Positions 63,301 through 64,000 of a stretch of DNA of 64,000 bases are shown here, in pieces. Source of the DNA: Macrostomum lignano. Taxonomy: Eukaryota. Within the stretch, counting starts at the first letter, position 1. Every line of letters starts with the position of its first letter. Below the pieces are notes generated by a model. It saw only the letters and a list, made by a program, of their open reading frames with translations, had not been told where the DNA came from and did no database searches. Position numbers and translations under genes: made by a program. The stretch lies in the NCBI GenBank assembly GCA_002269645.1, contig NIVC01000920.1, forward strand, positions 345,685 through 409,684, read 5' to 3'.

Positions 63301-64000
63301 AAGACAGTCGGTGTGCCCCCCCCAAAGACAGTCGGTGTGCCCCCCCCAAAGACAGTCGGTGTGCCCCCCCCCAAAGACAGTCGGTGTGCCCCCCCCAAAG
63401 ACAGTCGGTGTGCCCCCCCCAAAGACAGTCGGTGTGCCCCCCCCAAAGACAGTCGGTGTGCCCCCCCCCAAAGACAGTCGGTGTGCCCCCCCCAAAGACA
63501 GTCGGTGTGCCCCCCCAAAGACAGTCGGTGTGCCCCCCCAAAGACAGTCGGTGTGCCCCCCCCCAAAGACAGTCGGTGTGCCCCCCCCAAAGACAGTCGG
63601 TGTGCCCCCCCCAAAGACAGTCGGTGTGCCCCCCCCAAAGACAGTCGGTGTGCCCCCCCCAAAGACAGTCGGTGTGCCCCCCCCAAAGACAGTCGGTGTG
63701 CCCCCCCCAAAGACAGTCGGTGTGCCCCCCCAAAGACAGTCGGTGTGCCCCCCCAAAGACAGTCGGTGTGCCCCCCCCAAAGACAGTCGTGTGCCCCCCC
63801 CAAAGACAGTCGGTGTGCCCCCCCCCAAAGACAGTCGGTGTGCCCCCCCCAAAGACAGTCGGTGTGCCCCCCCCCAAAGACAGTCGGTGTGCCCCCCAAA
63901 GACAGTCGGTGTGCCCCCCCAAAGACAGTCGGTGTGCCCCCCCAAAGACAGTCGGTGTGCCCCCCCCCCAAAGACAGTCGGTGTGCCCCCCAAAGACAGT
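60355..64000. repeat. Minisatellite ccaaagacagtcggtgtg(c)n, ~23-27-bp unit, running off the window end
   Basis: About 145 copies with a variable C-run; source of the >1000-aa GGHTDCLW ORFs. Confidence 0.98.

Noticed and set aside
60715-63993. ORFs of 888-1092 aa (GGHTDCLW/GGTPTVF repeats)
   Set aside because: All three minus frames are open simply because the repeat unit has no stop codon; the variable C-runs shift frames at random.
60355-64000. CRISPR-like array
   Set aside because: There are no unique spacers, only C-run length variation, and the context is eukaryotic with no cas genes.

Overview
Eukaryotic (animal) genomic DNA. It has spliceosomal GT-AG introns, GC3-rich exons, minisatellite-filled introns, AT-rich islands and AG acceptors just upstream of several start codons; this resembles a free-living flatworm such as Macrostomum (inference only, not checked). 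Genes in order: intronless DIRAS-family small GTPase (+); 11-exon SF3B3/SAP130 (+, 1235 aa, all exon phases consistent); a cluster of three divergent caspase-like genes (-; two apparently intact, one degenerate) interleaved with a duplicated SF3B3 last exon and a decayed Ty3/gypsy LTR element; a divergent TALE homeobox gene (-); a NUDT5-like Nudix hydrolase (+); a SUEL-lectin/CUB/transmembrane receptor (-); an intronless universal stress protein (-); and tRNA-Leu(TAG). Mobile elements: two RTE/Proto2-like LINE fossils (one almost devoid of CpG), an 8-bp-TSD MITE, a Tc1/mariner-like deletion derivative, a tRNA-derived SINE and a duplicated LINE 3' fragment. The window ends in a 3.6-kb G/C-run minisatellite. 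Best candidate for an undescribed system: the caspase paralogues have no recognisable CARD/DED prodomain. They instead appear to carry a second, degenerate caspase fold N-terminal to the catalytic one (single-chain pseudo-caspase + caspase), with diversified S1-pocket residues and inter-subunit linkers.
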